Below, one piece after another: positions 1-10,592 of a DNA stretch of 64,000 nt. The notes below the pieces were generated by a model. That model was not told the DNA's origin. It worked only from the letters and a program-made list of their open reading frames with translations, and ran no database searches. The position numbers and the translations under genes are program-made. Every line of letters begins with the position of its first letter. Position 1 is the first letter of the stretch. This DNA is from a virus. The stretch lies in UHGV virus genome UHGV-1366990; one strand, written 5' to 3'.

Positions 1-1541
1 ACGATAAGCCATCTCAACGTGCCTATGCGCTGCCCTCTAACCTGGGGTCTGTAACTGCCACCACTTTGGTGGACGGCCTGCTCACGCACTCTGGAGGCAC
101 TGTTGACCTGGGTGCACTGGCGGTACTGCGAGAAGAATTCGTTACTCTGGTGGAGAACTTCACGTCTGGGTTCACTATCCGTGTTAAGAATGAACTGGTG
201 AGCGACGGTCAGTCTCTGTACCGCTGGGATGGGGCGTTACCAAAGACAGTGAATGCGGGTGGTTCGGTTTCTGCGGATGGGGTTGGCAAGGGTAAATGGG
301 TTGAAACGAGCACAAGTAATCTCAGTTATTTTCCTAAACCGATAACTTGGGCCGGGTTTGCTGGAGGCGCAGCCTGGGATGGAGTAACTAATGACAGCAT
401 CCCCTATCAGGCCGCCGCGCAATCTGGGCGAAAGTTTTTAATGCCTTATGGTGTGGGGAACATACCGGATTATTCTGTAGGCTTGTATTCTCCCAACTTC
501 TCCGTTCTGGGTGAGGCTGAGCAGTTGGGTTCGTTACAAAATCCAGTTGACGATTTTCGACCGTCACACACAGACACAAAATATTCAAAGTATCACGAAA
601 CGGATCCAGCATCTAATCGGTGGGATTCCTGTTCTATACATACAATTGTTAAATGTCCTCAGGGCGATGCTAATCCAAAAGGAAATGCGGCAGCTGTAAC
701 TGGGTATGTAAGAGCAATTAGCAGCGAGGGTGGTGATCATGTTGGCGTACATGGTAGAGCAGAAGGTGATACCAGTTACGACTTCGGTACTGGGATGGGG
801 TTGTGGGGTGGATGGCTGTCAGCCGTTTACAGACCTAATACAGGCTCAGCTGGGAAGCTAATAAAGTCTATTATTGGTTGTGAGATTGACGTGCAAAATG
901 ATGGACCACATGCACAAAACCCCAATCCGGCTGGTGTTGGTGAGCTGCGTGGTCTCGCGGTAGGGAATACTGGCACCGGCCATCTTAATCAAGGCGTTGA
1001 TGTATTCTCTAGCAATAGCGGTGCGCGTGGAAGGTGGTGGATGGGCGTTCACGTGCGTGCTAATTCCATTGTAGGAAGACATCTGGTATCATCAGAGGAG
1101 GAAGTTGGTAATGCAATGGTGATTGCTGGAGCGGCATCGTCAGGGACGCGTTACGGCGGATTAAAATTTAGTAAATATCCCTACACAGCGGTAGGACAAG
1201 GAGGTCATCTTTCTTATGGAATTGATTTCAGGGAGGCAACAATTCGCTTACAAAACGCGATTGTAATGGGTCCTCAGCACCGGATTACATGGGATCCTGA
1301 CACTGCAAAGGGTGTTGCGGTAGAGACAGAGGGAGGGGATGTAATTACTTTCCGGGGATATAATATAGCCATAAATAACTCCAAAGTTTTGGGGGCTAGA
1401 CAAACTGGTATCTTTAATATGTCGGGGATAGCAGATGGAACCTCATACAATACAGAAACCGTTACACTTGTAAATCTTGCCAGATACCTAAAGAAGGTAA
1501 CTGATGCATTAATATTTCATGGCCTTATTGGCCCAACTTGA
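1..1541 (+). CDS. virion structural protein, C-terminal part (tail fibre/baseplate-like), 5' truncated at window edge
   Basis: Frame is open from the window start (codon phase from nt 3) to TGA at 1539-1541; Gly/Ser/Thr-rich; directly upstream of the large structural gene. Confidence 0.5.
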   Translation, partial: DKPSQRAYALPSNLGSVTATTLVDGLLTHSGGTVDLGALAVLREEFVTLVENFTSGFTIRVKNELVSDGQSLYRWDGALPKTVNAGGSVSADGVGKGKWVETSTSNLSYFPKPITWAGFAGGAAWDGVTNDSIPYQAAAQSGRKFLMPYGVGNIPDYSVGLYSPNFSVLGEAEQLGSLQNPVDDFRPSHTDTKYSKYHETDPASNRWDSCSIHTIVKCPQGDANPKGNAAAVTGYVRAISSEGGDHVGVHGRAEGDTSYDFGTGMGLWGGWLSAVYRPNTGSAGKLIKSIIGCEIDVQNDGPHAQNPNPAGVGELRGLAVGNTGTGHLNQGVDVFSSNSGARGRWWMGVHVRANSIVGRHLVSSEEEVGNAMVIAGAASSGTRYGGLKFSKYPYTAVGQGGHLSYGIDFREATIRLQNAIVMGPQHRITWDPDTAKGVAVETEGGDVITFRGYNIAINNSKVLGARQTGIFNMSGIADGTSYNTETVTLVNLARYLKKVTDALIFHGLIGPT

Positions 1542-1552
1542 TAGAGGTATCT

Positions 1553-1714
1553 ATGAATCAACAAACAATTCGCAACATCATGGAGTTCATGATGCGTGTT
1601 CAGTTAACTGGGCAAGAGGTTCCTGCATTCAACGTTGCAATGAACGCCTTGCAAGCCGAATTAGATAGCCAAGACAAATCCATTACTGAGGTAGAAGATG
1701 GCTCTAAAAAATGA
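1553..1714 (+). CDS. small hypothetical protein (53 aa)
   Basis: ATG with AGAGG Shine-Dalgarno 6 nt upstream; below the ORF-track size cutoff. Confidence 0.25.
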   Translation: MNQQTIRNIMEFMMRVQLTGQEVPAFNVAMNALQAELDSQDKSITEVEDGSKK

Positions 1715-1987
1715 GAATACTGGTGGGCTATATATCCGAGTAGAACTTCCGCGAGCACATGGTAAGTACCGCGTGCAGTTCGATCTAATTCAGTATGTAG
1801 GCCATCCCATTACTGGAGAAAGGTAGAGGTGGGTCGCGAAACCATGGAATGCGACTACGACCTTGATGGTCCTAACGTGTTCGAGCAATGCTACAATTAC
1901 ACCAAGACCCAAGTCCCGTATCAAACTGTTGACTGTTAACAGAATGCCTCCACGGAGGCATTTTTATTTCTATCTGCCCACCAGTCG

Positions 1988-1999
1988 TATACTAAATAT
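1988..1999 (+). promoter_or_regulatory. late-promoter-like motif TACTAAATAT
   Basis: Member of a recurring (C)ACTAAATA(C/T) family resembling the T4 late promoter TATAAATA; about 35 nt upstream of the 2034 start. Confidence 0.4.
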
Positions 2000-2033
2000 C
2001 TCTATAAACGGCACCTTATCGTGGAGCACTAAA

Positions 2034-5000
2034 ATGCAAGAAATGAACCTCAACCGCCGCCCATATTGGGATGACTGGAATCCAGAGAAGCGTTTTTCGC
2101 GCATCCTATTCCGTCCGGCACCTATCAAAGTTCAGACGCGTGAACTGAACCAGATACAGACCATCTTCCAGGATCAACTGGAGAAACTTGGCAACCATCT
2201 GTTCAAAGACGGTTCAATGGTTATCCCCGGCGGTCTAACGATCACCAACACTGCTGTGTCCATGAAGTTCACTCTGGCTGGTGGTAGTGAGTTCACTGAT
2301 CTGGAAGGTATCTCCGAACTCTATGTTCTGGGCAAGGACAACAATGCGAAAGCACGCGTCCTGTCCTTGGAACGTTATCCAGCTGAGCCGGATACAATGT
2401 ATGCCATCTTAGAGATTACTGAAAGTGGTAGTTCAGACGGTTTCGAAGCTGGTGACAATCTATATTTCAACACCTATGACGTGAACGATAACTTCATCCG
2501 TGTCGGCTATGGTGTGGCCGATACTGTTGGCGGTTCGATTGTCGCTCGCATGACAAAGGGTGTTTATTTCGTTCGTGGTATGTTCCTGGATGTTGAACCA
2601 ACCACTTTGATCGTAGACAACGCATCGAACTCTACATCTCACCGCATTGGCTTCAAAGTTACAGAAACAATCGTGACCGAAGCAGAAGATGAAAGTCTGT
2701 TCTCCAATGCTCAGGGTACTCCGAACTCTAAAGCCCCTGGTGCGCATCGCCTGCGCGTCGACCTCGTGTTGTCTCGCTACGGTTATGATGAAGAAGTGGC
2801 CGACTTCGTTGAACTGGCGAAGGTGAAAGACGGTCGTGTTCAGTCCATGGTCACCCAGTCAACGTACAACATCCTCGAAGACGCCATGGCTCAGCGTACC
2901 TATGAGACCAACGGGGATTACAACGTCTCTACTCACCAGATCGACCTACGCGAACATCTGAAACAGAACAACAACGGTGGCGTATACACTCCGGCCGAAG
3001 GTGGCGACGAAAGCAAATTCGTGGCGGTTATGAAGCCAGGCATTTCCTACGTTCGTGGTCGTCGTATCGAAAACCTCGGCGAAGAGCTGGTCATAATTGA
3101 CAAAGCCCGTGACACTGATATCCTGAACAACAACCCTGTGGCTGTTTCGACTGGCAACTATCTGGTGTCCAAGAACTCCAAAGGGGTTCCGGTTGTCTCC
3201 CGCACAATCCGCTACAAGTTCCTGAACGCATCCAGCGATGTGCAGGCCACCGCCCTGCTGATTTCGGCAGAGCGCTCTGGTACTGAATTCCGTCTGTATA
3301 TGCGCGACCTGGTTGTGACTGGGGACATGGGTACGGTGACCAAAGTCGCTTATGAAGAAAGCGGTACAACGATGTTCTCTTGCGAACTGGAGTCCAATCA
3401 GTTCAGCCAGAGTTCAGCAATTGACCTGATCTTCCCTCTGCCTGTATTTGGTGTGAAGACTCTAGCACCTACAGGCACCATCGACATCAACTACACCGTC
3501 CTGCGGTCAAACAAGATCACGTTGAACGCCGCTGGTGCAGGCTCAATCTCTGCTCCTCTGGGTTACAGCTTCAGCCCTGAGTTTTCACTGTACTCCGCAG
3601 CGAAGGCAGATGGCACTGCAGCTCAGTTTGATATCTCTTCGGGACTGTCCCTGGCTGGTACTCCGGTTGGTTCAGCACTACAGATTTCCCTGGGCGCGGG
3701 GTACGCCAACCAGTCTATCAACCTGTTGACATTGATGGTCCGCACCACAGCGACGATCAAGACCAAGACTGTTACCGAAGCCACCGAGACTGTGACGTTT
3801 ACTGCGGCGGCCAGCGCACAACTTGGGAACCATGATGGTTACAAGCTGATCAGCGTGAAGAACGCAAATGGCGCTGATGTCACCTCTAACTTCACTCTGG
3901 ACGGCGGCCAGCGTGATGCTGCATACTACCTTTCTAACCTCATATCGTCCGCTGGAGCCATTTCAGGGACGTTCACAGTGGTGTACCAGTACTTCGCTCA
4001 CAGTTCTGGTGATTTCTTCACAGCGGACTCCTATTCGTCCATCAACTACCCAGACATCCCGAACTATGTTTCATCCAGTTCTGGTACTGTGTATGGGTTG
4101 GCCGACAGTCTGGACTTCCGTCCCAAGATCACCAGCGGAGCGTCTGACACGGACATGGTTCGCCCGAACACCGCGATCATCCTAGATGCAGAGTACTATC
4201 TGCCTCGTATTGATGCTGTGTATCTGGCAGACAACGGTGTGTTCAACGTTGCTCGTGGTGTGAGTTCCAACAACCTGGCTTCCCCTGCGATTCCAGACAA
4301 CGGTATGCGTCTGTATGAATTGATGATCCCACCATACACGGCCAACATTGACGACATCCAGATTCGTACTATCGACAACCGCCGCTACACGATGCGCGAT
4401 ATCGGTAAACTGGAGACCCGTATCTCCAATGTCGAATATTACACCTCACTGTCTCAGCTGGAATCCTCGGCGATGTCACAACAGGTATTCGATCCAATTA
4501 CTGGCAACCCGCGCTTCAAGAACGGTATCGCAGCAGACCCGTTCAAAGACTTCCGTCTGATCGACGATTTGTCTGCAGACTGGGTGGGTTCAATCGACAC
4601 TGACAATGGTCGCCTACGCCCGTTTGTTCAGCAGAACGCGATTGACCTGACGCCAGTCGGTTGGAACAACGTTCAGGATGGCATGGTTGTATGCAACTAC
4701 ACCCGTGAGATCTCTGTCCGCCAGGACTATGCAACCACGACCATCAACGTGAACCCGTATGCAGTATTCAACTGGGAAGGTTTCCTGAAACTGAACCCGA
4801 CTACTGATTACTGGTTTGAGAACTACTATGTTACTCCACGTGTGATCAACGAAACGATCAACACCCGTGGTGCGATCAAAGAAGGTTCTGTGTATGGCAC
4901 ATGGCGTACTGTGTCCGTGTCTGAGCGTGTGTGGGAACCACATGGCGCAGGTGGTGTATGGTGGGGCTATCGCTACCGCACGACTGTGTCCACCCGTGAC

Positions 5001-6872
5001 ATTACCACGTACACGTACACCGACAGGACGACCACCACCATGACTGGTGAGCAGATCGTTGAAACGCAGGTAATCCCATACATGCGCAAAACGAACATCA
5101 ACTTCGAAGCCACAGGTCTGCGTCCGTTCACTCGTGTGTATCCGTTCTTCTCTGGACGTGATGTGAGCGCGTACTGTACCCCAAACGGTGGTGTACTGGG
5201 TGGTGCGTTGAACACTGACGCCAACGGTAACATCAAAGGTGTGTTTGCGGTTCCTCAGAACGAGACTATCAAGTTTAACACGGGTGACAACGTTTTCCGT
5301 CTGACTGACAGTCCTGTGGATAGCAAGTCTGCTGATGATACCCTGACCAATGCTGAGGCTGTTCATAAGTCCTTCGGCAAGAAACAGGGCATCCAGAAGA
5401 CTTATGTCAATACTCGCGTCCTGGGATACACTGCGACCAAGTCTACGGAAAACAAAACAGAGACGGTTGAAGTCGCGAAGTGGAAAGATCCTATCGCCCA
5501 GTCCTTCATGGTTGCCACCAATATCGGCGGCGAATACATCGAAGGGATTGAAGTCTTCTTCTCCACCAAGTCCCGTGATATCCCGATCACTCTGGAAATC
5601 CGTGAGATGAGCAATGGTCTGCCAGCGACGACTGTCGTCACTCGTAAGACTCTGAATCCATCAGAAGTTTCCACCTCCACAGACTCTTCTGTGCCGACGA
5701 TGTTCAAGTTTGATTATCCTGTGTATCTGCAGGCGCAGACTGAGTTCGCGATCGTACTCCTGGCCAACACTCAGGACTACAACGCATACATCGCAGAGAT
5801 GGGCAAGAAGAACTTGCTGACCAACGAGTTCATTGCCAAACAGCCGTACACTGGCGTGTTCTTCACATCTTCAAATGGTACGACCTGGACTCCAAACCAG
5901 ACTGCCGATATGAAGTTCCGTGTATATCGCTGTAACTTCTCCGCTGGTTCAAACATCGTGACCTTCGATGCTAAAGTCGGTCCGAAGATCCGCCCTCTGG
6001 GTCTGAATACCGTGAAATGTGTCAACGGTTCTTCAACTGTTACTGTGTACGCTCCGGGGCATGGCCTGACTGCGGGTGAAAGTGTTACTCTGTCTGGGTT
6101 GACAGGTGGTTGCGGTTTCACTCCTGAGCAACTGAACGCTCAACACACTGTGACTGATGCGACGTTCACGACATTCAAATTCGTTCTGAGTTCCAACGCC
6201 GACTCCGACGGTCAGATTGGTGGTGAGGCGGCTTCTTTCCTAGGCAACTACTTGGTAGACATGTTCTACGCAAGCGTCACCAATTCAGCCCTGGAAGGAT
6301 CTGTGTTGAAACTGGAATACCGCTATCGCGATGCGACCTCCAACTCATTCTCTGATTGGGTTGAGTTCGAATCCGATACGGACGTGTCTCTGCCGACGGA
6401 AGGTATCTATCGTCAGGTGGGCGACTTCCAGGTTCGTGCAACCATGACTCGCAACGAGAGTAATGTCTACACGGCTCCAATGATCGACGGTGATGATTTC
6501 ACTATCATCTTCAACACCTACGGTGTGGATCCGTTTGAAGATGTGTTCAGCTATGTGACCAAGGATATCGGATTCGATAACCCTTGCACCACTCTGAAGC
6601 AATACTTCGGCGCGATGCTACCTTCTCAGTCTTCAATGACTGTGCAGGTTAAACTGCTACGCGCAGGTCAGGAGATGGATAACGTGGCATGGGAAACTGT
6701 GACACCGACATCCCCTCTGGTCAATGACGGTTCTGCATTCTTCGAATATGAGTATGACAAGACTGTAGACAGCACCAATCCTTTCGTTGGCCTGAAGATC
6801 CGCCTGCTGGTCAGAGGCAACCGCATAGCACCGCCGTCATTCAAAGATTTCCGTTTGATTGCTCTGGCATAA
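2034..6872 (+). CDS. large virion structural protein (about 1612 aa; tail fibre/baseplate-associated)
   Basis: ORF 1863..6872; first ATG with GGAG Shine-Dalgarno is at 2034 (MQEMNL...); position upstream of neck genes. Confidence 0.7.
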   Translation: MQEMNLNRRPYWDDWNPEKRFSRILFRPAPIKVQTRELNQIQTIFQDQLEKLGNHLFKDGSMVIPGGLTITNTAVSMKFTLAGGSEFTDLEGISELYVLGKDNNAKARVLSLERYPAEPDTMYAILEITESGSSDGFEAGDNLYFNTYDVNDNFIRVGYGVADTVGGSIVARMTKGVYFVRGMFLDVEPTTLIVDNASNSTSHRIGFKVTETIVTEAEDESLFSNAQGTPNSKAPGAHRLRVDLVLSRYGYDEEVADFVELAKVKDGRVQSMVTQSTYNILEDAMAQRTYETNGDYNVSTHQIDLREHLKQNNNGGVYTPAEGGDESKFVAVMKPGISYVRGRRIENLGEELVIIDKARDTDILNNNPVAVSTGNYLVSKNSKGVPVVSRTIRYKFLNASSDVQATALLISAERSGTEFRLYMRDLVVTGDMGTVTKVAYEESGTTMFSCELESNQFSQSSAIDLIFPLPVFGVKTLAPTGTIDINYTVLRSNKITLNAAGAGSISAPLGYSFSPEFSLYSAAKADGTAAQFDISSGLSLAGTPVGSALQISLGAGYANQSINLLTLMVRTTATIKTKTVTEATETVTFTAAASAQLGNHDGYKLISVKNANGADVTSNFTLDGGQRDAAYYLSNLISSAGAISGTFTVVYQYFAHSSGDFFTADSYSSINYPDIPNYVSSSSGTVYGLADSLDFRPKITSGASDTDMVRPNTAIILDAEYYLPRIDAVYLADNGVFNVARGVSSNNLASPAIPDNGMRLYELMIPPYTANIDDIQIRTIDNRRYTMRDIGKLETRISNVEYYTSLSQLESSAMSQQVFDPITGNPRFKNGIAADPFKDFRLIDDLSADWVGSIDTDNGRLRPFVQQNAIDLTPVGWNNVQDGMVVCNYTREISVRQDYATTTINVNPYAVFNWEGFLKLNPTTDYWFENYYVTPRVINETINTRGAIKEGSVYGTWRTVSVSERVWEPHGAGGVWWGYRYRTTVSTRDITTYTYTDRTTTTMTGEQIVETQVIPYMRKTNINFEATGLRPFTRVYPFFSGRDVSAYCTPNGGVLGGALNTDANGNIKGVFAVPQNETIKFNTGDNVFRLTDSPVDSKSADDTLTNAEAVHKSFGKKQGIQKTYVNTRVLGYTATKSTENKTETVEVAKWKDPIAQSFMVATNIGGEYIEGIEVFFSTKSRDIPITLEIREMSNGLPATTVVTRKTLNPSEVSTSTDSSVPTMFKFDYPVYLQAQTEFAIVLLANTQDYNAYIAEMGKKNLLTNEFIAKQPYTGVFFTSSNGTTWTPNQTADMKFRVYRCNFSAGSNIVTFDAKVGPKIRPLGLNTVKCVNGSSTVTVYAPGHGLTAGESVTLSGLTGGCGFTPEQLNAQHTVTDATFTTFKFVLSSNADSDGQIGGEAASFLGNYLVDMFYASVTNSALEGSVLKLEYRYRDATSNSFSDWVEFESDTDVSLPTEGIYRQVGDFQVRATMTRNESNVYTAPMIDGDDFTIIFNTYGVDPFEDVFSYVTKDIGFDNPCTTLKQYFGAMLPSQSSMTVQVKLLRAGQEMDNVAWETVTPTSPLVNDGSAFFEYEYDKTVDSTNPFVGLKIRLLVRGNRIAPPSFKDFRLIALA

Positions 6873-6882
6873 GTAGTATTAA

Positions 6883-6906
6883 CAAGGCGGGGTTGCCCCG
6901 CCATTA
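6883..6906 (+). terminator. stem-loop GGCGGGG-TTG-CCCCGCC after the structural gene
   Basis: Perfect 7-bp GC stem just after the stop at 6872; weak U-tract. Confidence 0.4.
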
Positions 6907-6921
6907 ACAGAGGATATTATC

Positions 6922-7170
6922 ATGCGTGGTGTAAAAGTACAAGGGCATGCATCGATGATGAGAAGTAGCTCTTGCCCTGGGGCTATCATCTGCACAGACA
7001 ATGCTGCCGGTTTGGCAGCACTGAACGCTCGTCGAAATCAGGAAGAAAAGGACAGAACTATTGCAGCGCAGGCAGCGCAAATAGATCAACTGACAGCGAT
7101 GGTACAACTCATGGCGGAACACCTCGGGATTGAACTCCCGTCAGGAGGCCAAGATGGCAACCCAAACTGA
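6922..7170 (+). CDS. hypothetical protein (82 aa)
   Basis: ATG preceded by AGAGGA; ORF track. Confidence 0.45.
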   Translation: MRGVKVQGHASMMRSSSCPGAIICTDNAAGLAALNARRNQEEKDRTIAAQAAQIDQLTAMVQLMAEHLGIELPSGGQDGNPN

Positions 7171-7492
7171 CACTGTGATCGATGTTAAAGCGATCCTCAC
7201 CGGGGTGCTGACGGCGACGATAGTCTCTGTTGGCTCGGTTGTTTGGATGATGGGTAAATTTGAGAATCGCCTTGATGTGGTTGAGCGTGACTCCAACAAG
7301 GTCGACCTGATCCTCACCAAGGTGAACGATATGAATGAGAAGATTGCTGTGTTAAACACAGACGTTAACTACGTCAAGCAGAACGTTGCTGAGTTGAAAC
7401 TCAATAGCAACAGTCTATCCGACGACGTTCGCACTTTACGTATCACCGTCGCTGATATCCAGAGCAACAAGGGGAATGGCAATGGCCGTTAA
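7154..7492 (+). CDS. membrane-anchored coiled-coil protein (112 aa)
   Basis: Start MATQTD with CAGGAGG upstream; N-terminal hydrophobic helix (LTGVLTATIVSVGSVVWMM) then heptad-like region. Confidence 0.5.
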   Translation: MATQTDTVIDVKAILTGVLTATIVSVGSVVWMMGKFENRLDVVERDSNKVDLILTKVNDMNEKIAVLNTDVNYVKQNVAELKLNSNSLSDDVRTLRITVADIQSNKGNGNGR

Positions 7493-8234
7493 TTCTATTG
7501 TTGATCGTAAAGGATTTATGAATTACATTCTCAAGAAATTGGGGGCACCTGTAATTCAGATCAACCTTGACCCAACGCAAGTTTCGGATGCTGTAGACGA
7601 TGCTCTACAGAAGTTTTGGGAGTATCATCGTGATGGCAGTCAGGACGCATTCTTTGTTCACCAGGTGACTGAAGAAACTATCACCAACGGTTACATCGAA
7701 TTCCCCAAAGACATCGACGACGTGGTTGAAGTCATCGTTGGCCCTCCGATTGAATCGATCGGTAACTGGGCAACCCCTCAATGGCAGATGGCCCAAGCCA
7801 TGTTGGTACCAAAGGCCGCCCTCGTTTCCATCCGCTTGGTCGACTATGTTTCAATGCAACAGCGTTTGTCTGACATCACCAGTGTGCTGAACGTGAAGCG
7901 CACCTTCGTTTACAAGAAATTCCAGCGCAAACTCTACCCACAATTCGCCCTGATAAAGGACGAGGTGTTGGCGTTCAAATGCTTCCAGAACATCGACCCA
8001 GAGGTTGAGGGTAATGAAGAAGCATGGAATGATATGTGGCTGAAGGCATATGCAACTGCGTTGGTCAAGCGCCGCTGGGCAGAAGTGCTCAAGAAGGCAA
8101 GAGGCATCCGTCTCCCTGGCGGTATCGAGCTGGATGGCGATAGTATGTTCAGTGAGGCTGAAGCGGAGATCGAGCGTTTAGAGGAAGAATTGCGTACTGG
8201 TCAGCAGTACCCTATCGACTTCTACATGGGATAA
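7476..8234 (+). CDS. neck protein, T4 gp13/gp14-like
   Basis: N-terminus ILKKLGAPVIQINLDPTQV resembles the recalled T4 neck protein ILRRLGAPIINVELTPDQI; synteny upstream of terminase. Confidence 0.65.
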   Translation: MAMAVNSIVDRKGFMNYILKKLGAPVIQINLDPTQVSDAVDDALQKFWEYHRDGSQDAFFVHQVTEETITNGYIEFPKDIDDVVEVIVGPPIESIGNWATPQWQMAQAMLVPKAALVSIRLVDYVSMQQRLSDITSVLNVKRTFVYKKFQRKLYPQFALIKDEVLAFKCFQNIDPEVEGNEEAWNDMWLKAYATALVKRRWAEVLKKARGIRLPGGIELDGDSMFSEAEAEIERLEEELRTGQQYPIDFYMG

Positions 8235-8239
8235 GGAAA

Positions 8240-8266
8240 GGCGGGATTACCCGCCCTTCTTTTAGA
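8240..8266. terminator. bidirectional stem-loop AGGCGGG-ATTA-CCCGCCT with flanking T/A runs
   Basis: Lies between the convergent stops at 8234 (+) and 8262 (-). Confidence 0.5.
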
Positions 8267-8474
8267 TTTTCAAATCCAGGTTTCCGTCGCCACTACCACG
8301 CAGCAGACCGTCTTCTGTCTTGTCTTTGGAGTTCCACCACTCAATGAAGTCTGTGCCATCTACTTCTTTCACCAGACCGACGATGTCGTAATCACCACCT
8401 CCAATCTTGGCGTCCACACAGATGATTCGGACGCGACGACCGCTGCGAACTTCTTTGATGTCTTCCACTTGCAT
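8262..8474 (-). CDS. hypothetical protein (70 aa)
   Basis: Minus-strand ORF in a 300-nt gap between + genes; GAGGAA Shine-Dalgarno 6 nt before ATG. Confidence 0.4.
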   Translation of the reverse strand: MQVEDIKEVRSGRRVRIICVDAKIGGGDYDIVGLVKEVDGTDFIEWWNSKDKTEDGLLRGSGDGNLDLKI

Positions 8475-8502
8475 GAGCTATTCCTCAAAAGAATAAACTT
8501 CG

Positions 8503-8512
8503 ACTAAATACC
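8503..8512 (+). promoter_or_regulatory. late-promoter-like motif GACTAAATAC
   Basis: Motif family member; 22 nt upstream of ATG 8534. Confidence 0.4.
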
Positions 8513-8533
8513 TTCAAAATTGAGGGTATCGAT

Positions 8534-9184
8534 ATGGCCACTTCTAAATATTTCAACGCCACCAATCACCAAGGCACACAGAAGCTGATTGAAGATTTGG
8601 TACAGGAAATGATTGAGTTGCGCGGGATAGACATCAAGTATATACCCCGTTCCATCGTTGAAAAATTTCCTATCACCAACGATGCCAACCACAGGTTCGA
8701 CCAGGCGTTCGACATCGAAGCGTACATGCAGGATTATCAGGGCTTCAACACCCAGATGTGGGAGAAGTTTGGGGGTATCCAATTGCAAGACGAAGTGACG
8801 TTCTCTATCTCGCGCCGCCGATTTGCCGAGGTGATAGGCAACGGTGTTGGGATTGAACAACAACCTCAGGAAGGTGACCTGATCTATCTACCACTGGCGA
8901 ACAAGATCTTCAAGGTCAACAACCCGAACAACGATGAAGACTTCATGCAATTTGGCAAATGGTATACGTTCTCTCTGCCGTGCACGTTGTTCCAGTACGG
9001 CAACGAAAACTTCGATACGGGCGTTCCGGAGATCGACGATATCGACAAACGTCTGTCCATCTTGGACGAAGAGAACGAACCGGACGTGTACAAGGATTCT
9101 TCTCTACAGACCGACAATGCTTTAGCAGATGATCTTGAGAAGGGGCTTGCAACAGACAAGATGAAGATCGACTTTGGAGAATAA
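8534..9184 (+). CDS. neck/head-completion protein (gp14-like by position)
   Basis: ORF with GAGGG Shine-Dalgarno; position between the gp13-like and gp15-like genes. Confidence 0.5.
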   Translation: MATSKYFNATNHQGTQKLIEDLVQEMIELRGIDIKYIPRSIVEKFPITNDANHRFDQAFDIEAYMQDYQGFNTQMWEKFGGIQLQDEVTFSISRRRFAEVIGNGVGIEQQPQEGDLIYLPLANKIFKVNNPNNDEDFMQFGKWYTFSLPCTLFQYGNENFDTGVPEIDDIDKRLSILDEENEPDVYKDSSLQTDNALADDLEKGLATDKMKIDFGE

Positions 9185-9186
9185 TC

Positions 9187-9882
9187 ATGGCCAGACCATT
9201 TGAAAATTACTTCTACCATGATTCATTGATGAAATACATCAATCTGTTTGCCACCATTATGTCTGATCTGAAGGTGAACACAGAGCGTGGTCTTATGGAA
9301 GTCCCATTACACATGGCCATCGGGAGACGCAATGACCTCAACAGGAACGTGCCGTCCAACATGCTTCCATTTGCGACCTTCTCTTTTGGTCAGTTTGAGA
9401 TCAACAAACAGGTGACGAAGACGTACCACAATCGACAATCGACACCAACAGCAGGGGCGAAGCAGCGAATCCCCCTGATTATCGATTTTGAGTACAATAT
9501 CCGAACCAAGAAATTGGTTGAGATGTTACAGGTGCTAGAGCAGGTTTATTCGGTATTCACTCCCTCTCTAGACTGTGGTATCAAGGACAACGATACACTA
9601 CAGCAAGACCAGAAGATCAAGATCCAACTGGTCAGCCACCAGATGTCCGATAACTGGGAAGGGGATGCTTCTGATTCACCACACGTCGACTGCTCCTTCA
9701 TGTTCCAGCTGAGCGGCTTCATCTACGGATATGACTATTGGGTGGACAACGAGGGAGGCGGGGATCCTAACGGGATCAAAGAGATAATTATCGAAATGTC
9801 TAATGATTTGAAAACACCGTGGACGGAACTGCCGGAGTGGTTCCGTGTTGACAAAGACGGTGTACATCATCCTGGAGATTGA
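9187..9882 (+). CDS. tail completion/sheath stabiliser (gp15-like by synteny)
   Basis: GGAG Shine-Dalgarno; immediately precedes terminase genes as in T4. Confidence 0.45.
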   Translation: MARPFENYFYHDSLMKYINLFATIMSDLKVNTERGLMEVPLHMAIGRRNDLNRNVPSNMLPFATFSFGQFEINKQVTKTYHNRQSTPTAGAKQRIPLIIDFEYNIRTKKLVEMLQVLEQVYSVFTPSLDCGIKDNDTLQQDQKIKIQLVSHQMSDNWEGDASDSPHVDCSFMFQLSGFIYGYDYWVDNEGGGDPNGIKEIIIEMSNDLKTPWTELPEWFRVDKDGVHHPGD

Positions 9883-9884
9883 TT

Positions 9885-10592
9885 ATGAGTGCTATGTCAG
9901 AACGCCTATTATCCACCCTCAGTGCTATCCAAGCGCGGGATGAGGTCGCTCAAGAAGTCATGGAGAAGACCTCGCCTATGGCCAGAAAAGATTACGATCC
10001 GGATACAGGCGAATGGTTGGGTGAAAAGCCTGCGGGGTATGAGCCTGTGGTGTTTCCTCCTTCATTGGACCCAGAAGAGCTGAAGCCCAAGGAGTCTAAG
10101 GTTCCAGACTTCGAAGACACTGATGCCACCACCGACTACAAACGCATCCGTGACACGACTTATGCCATGCAGGAAGCCACGATGTTCATGATGGGACAGG
10201 CAGCCAAACTTGCGACGACGACTGAAGCACCCCGTGCCTTCACAGTCTTCAAAGAGTTGGGTGAACTCATGCGCGGCCTGAACAAAGACCTGATGGAGAA
10301 CCAGAAAACTATCAAGGCGGTCACGGGCGACAGAGAGCCACCTCCTGGAGATGAAACAACCGTCGAGGTCACCACGTCCCCTGATGGCACAACCACGGTC
10401 AACGTCGGTAAACAGGCCAGGTCTTCCCGTGATCTACTGAAGACCATCGAAGACGCCCGTAAACGTGCTGAAGAACGTGCTGCAGCGAAAGCTGCGTCCA
10501 AAGGACCTGATCCCGAAGAAGATGTAATCGACGTTCAGGCCGAGCCGCAGCCGAAGGAAGAAGGTGAAGACAATGGCGTATCAGAAGCGTGA
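9885..10592 (+). CDS. putative terminase small subunit (gp16 position)
   Basis: Acidic Pro/Glu-rich protein; ATG at 9885 with GGAG upstream; synteny only. Confidence 0.4.
   Translation: MSAMSERLLSTLSAIQARDEVAQEVMEKTSPMARKDYDPDTGEWLGEKPAGYEPVVFPPSLDPEELKPKESKVPDFEDTDATTDYKRIRDTTYAMQEATMFMMGQAAKLATTTEAPRAFTVFKELGELMRGLNKDLMENQKTIKAVTGDREPPPGDETTVEVTTSPDGTTTVNVGKQARSSRDLLKTIEDARKRAEERAAAKAASKGPDPEEDVIDVQAEPQPKEEGEDNGVSEA

Noticed and set aside
4614-5366. 250-aa minus-strand ORF inside the large structural gene
   Set aside because: Antisense to the 1612-aa structural protein; junk-like composition.
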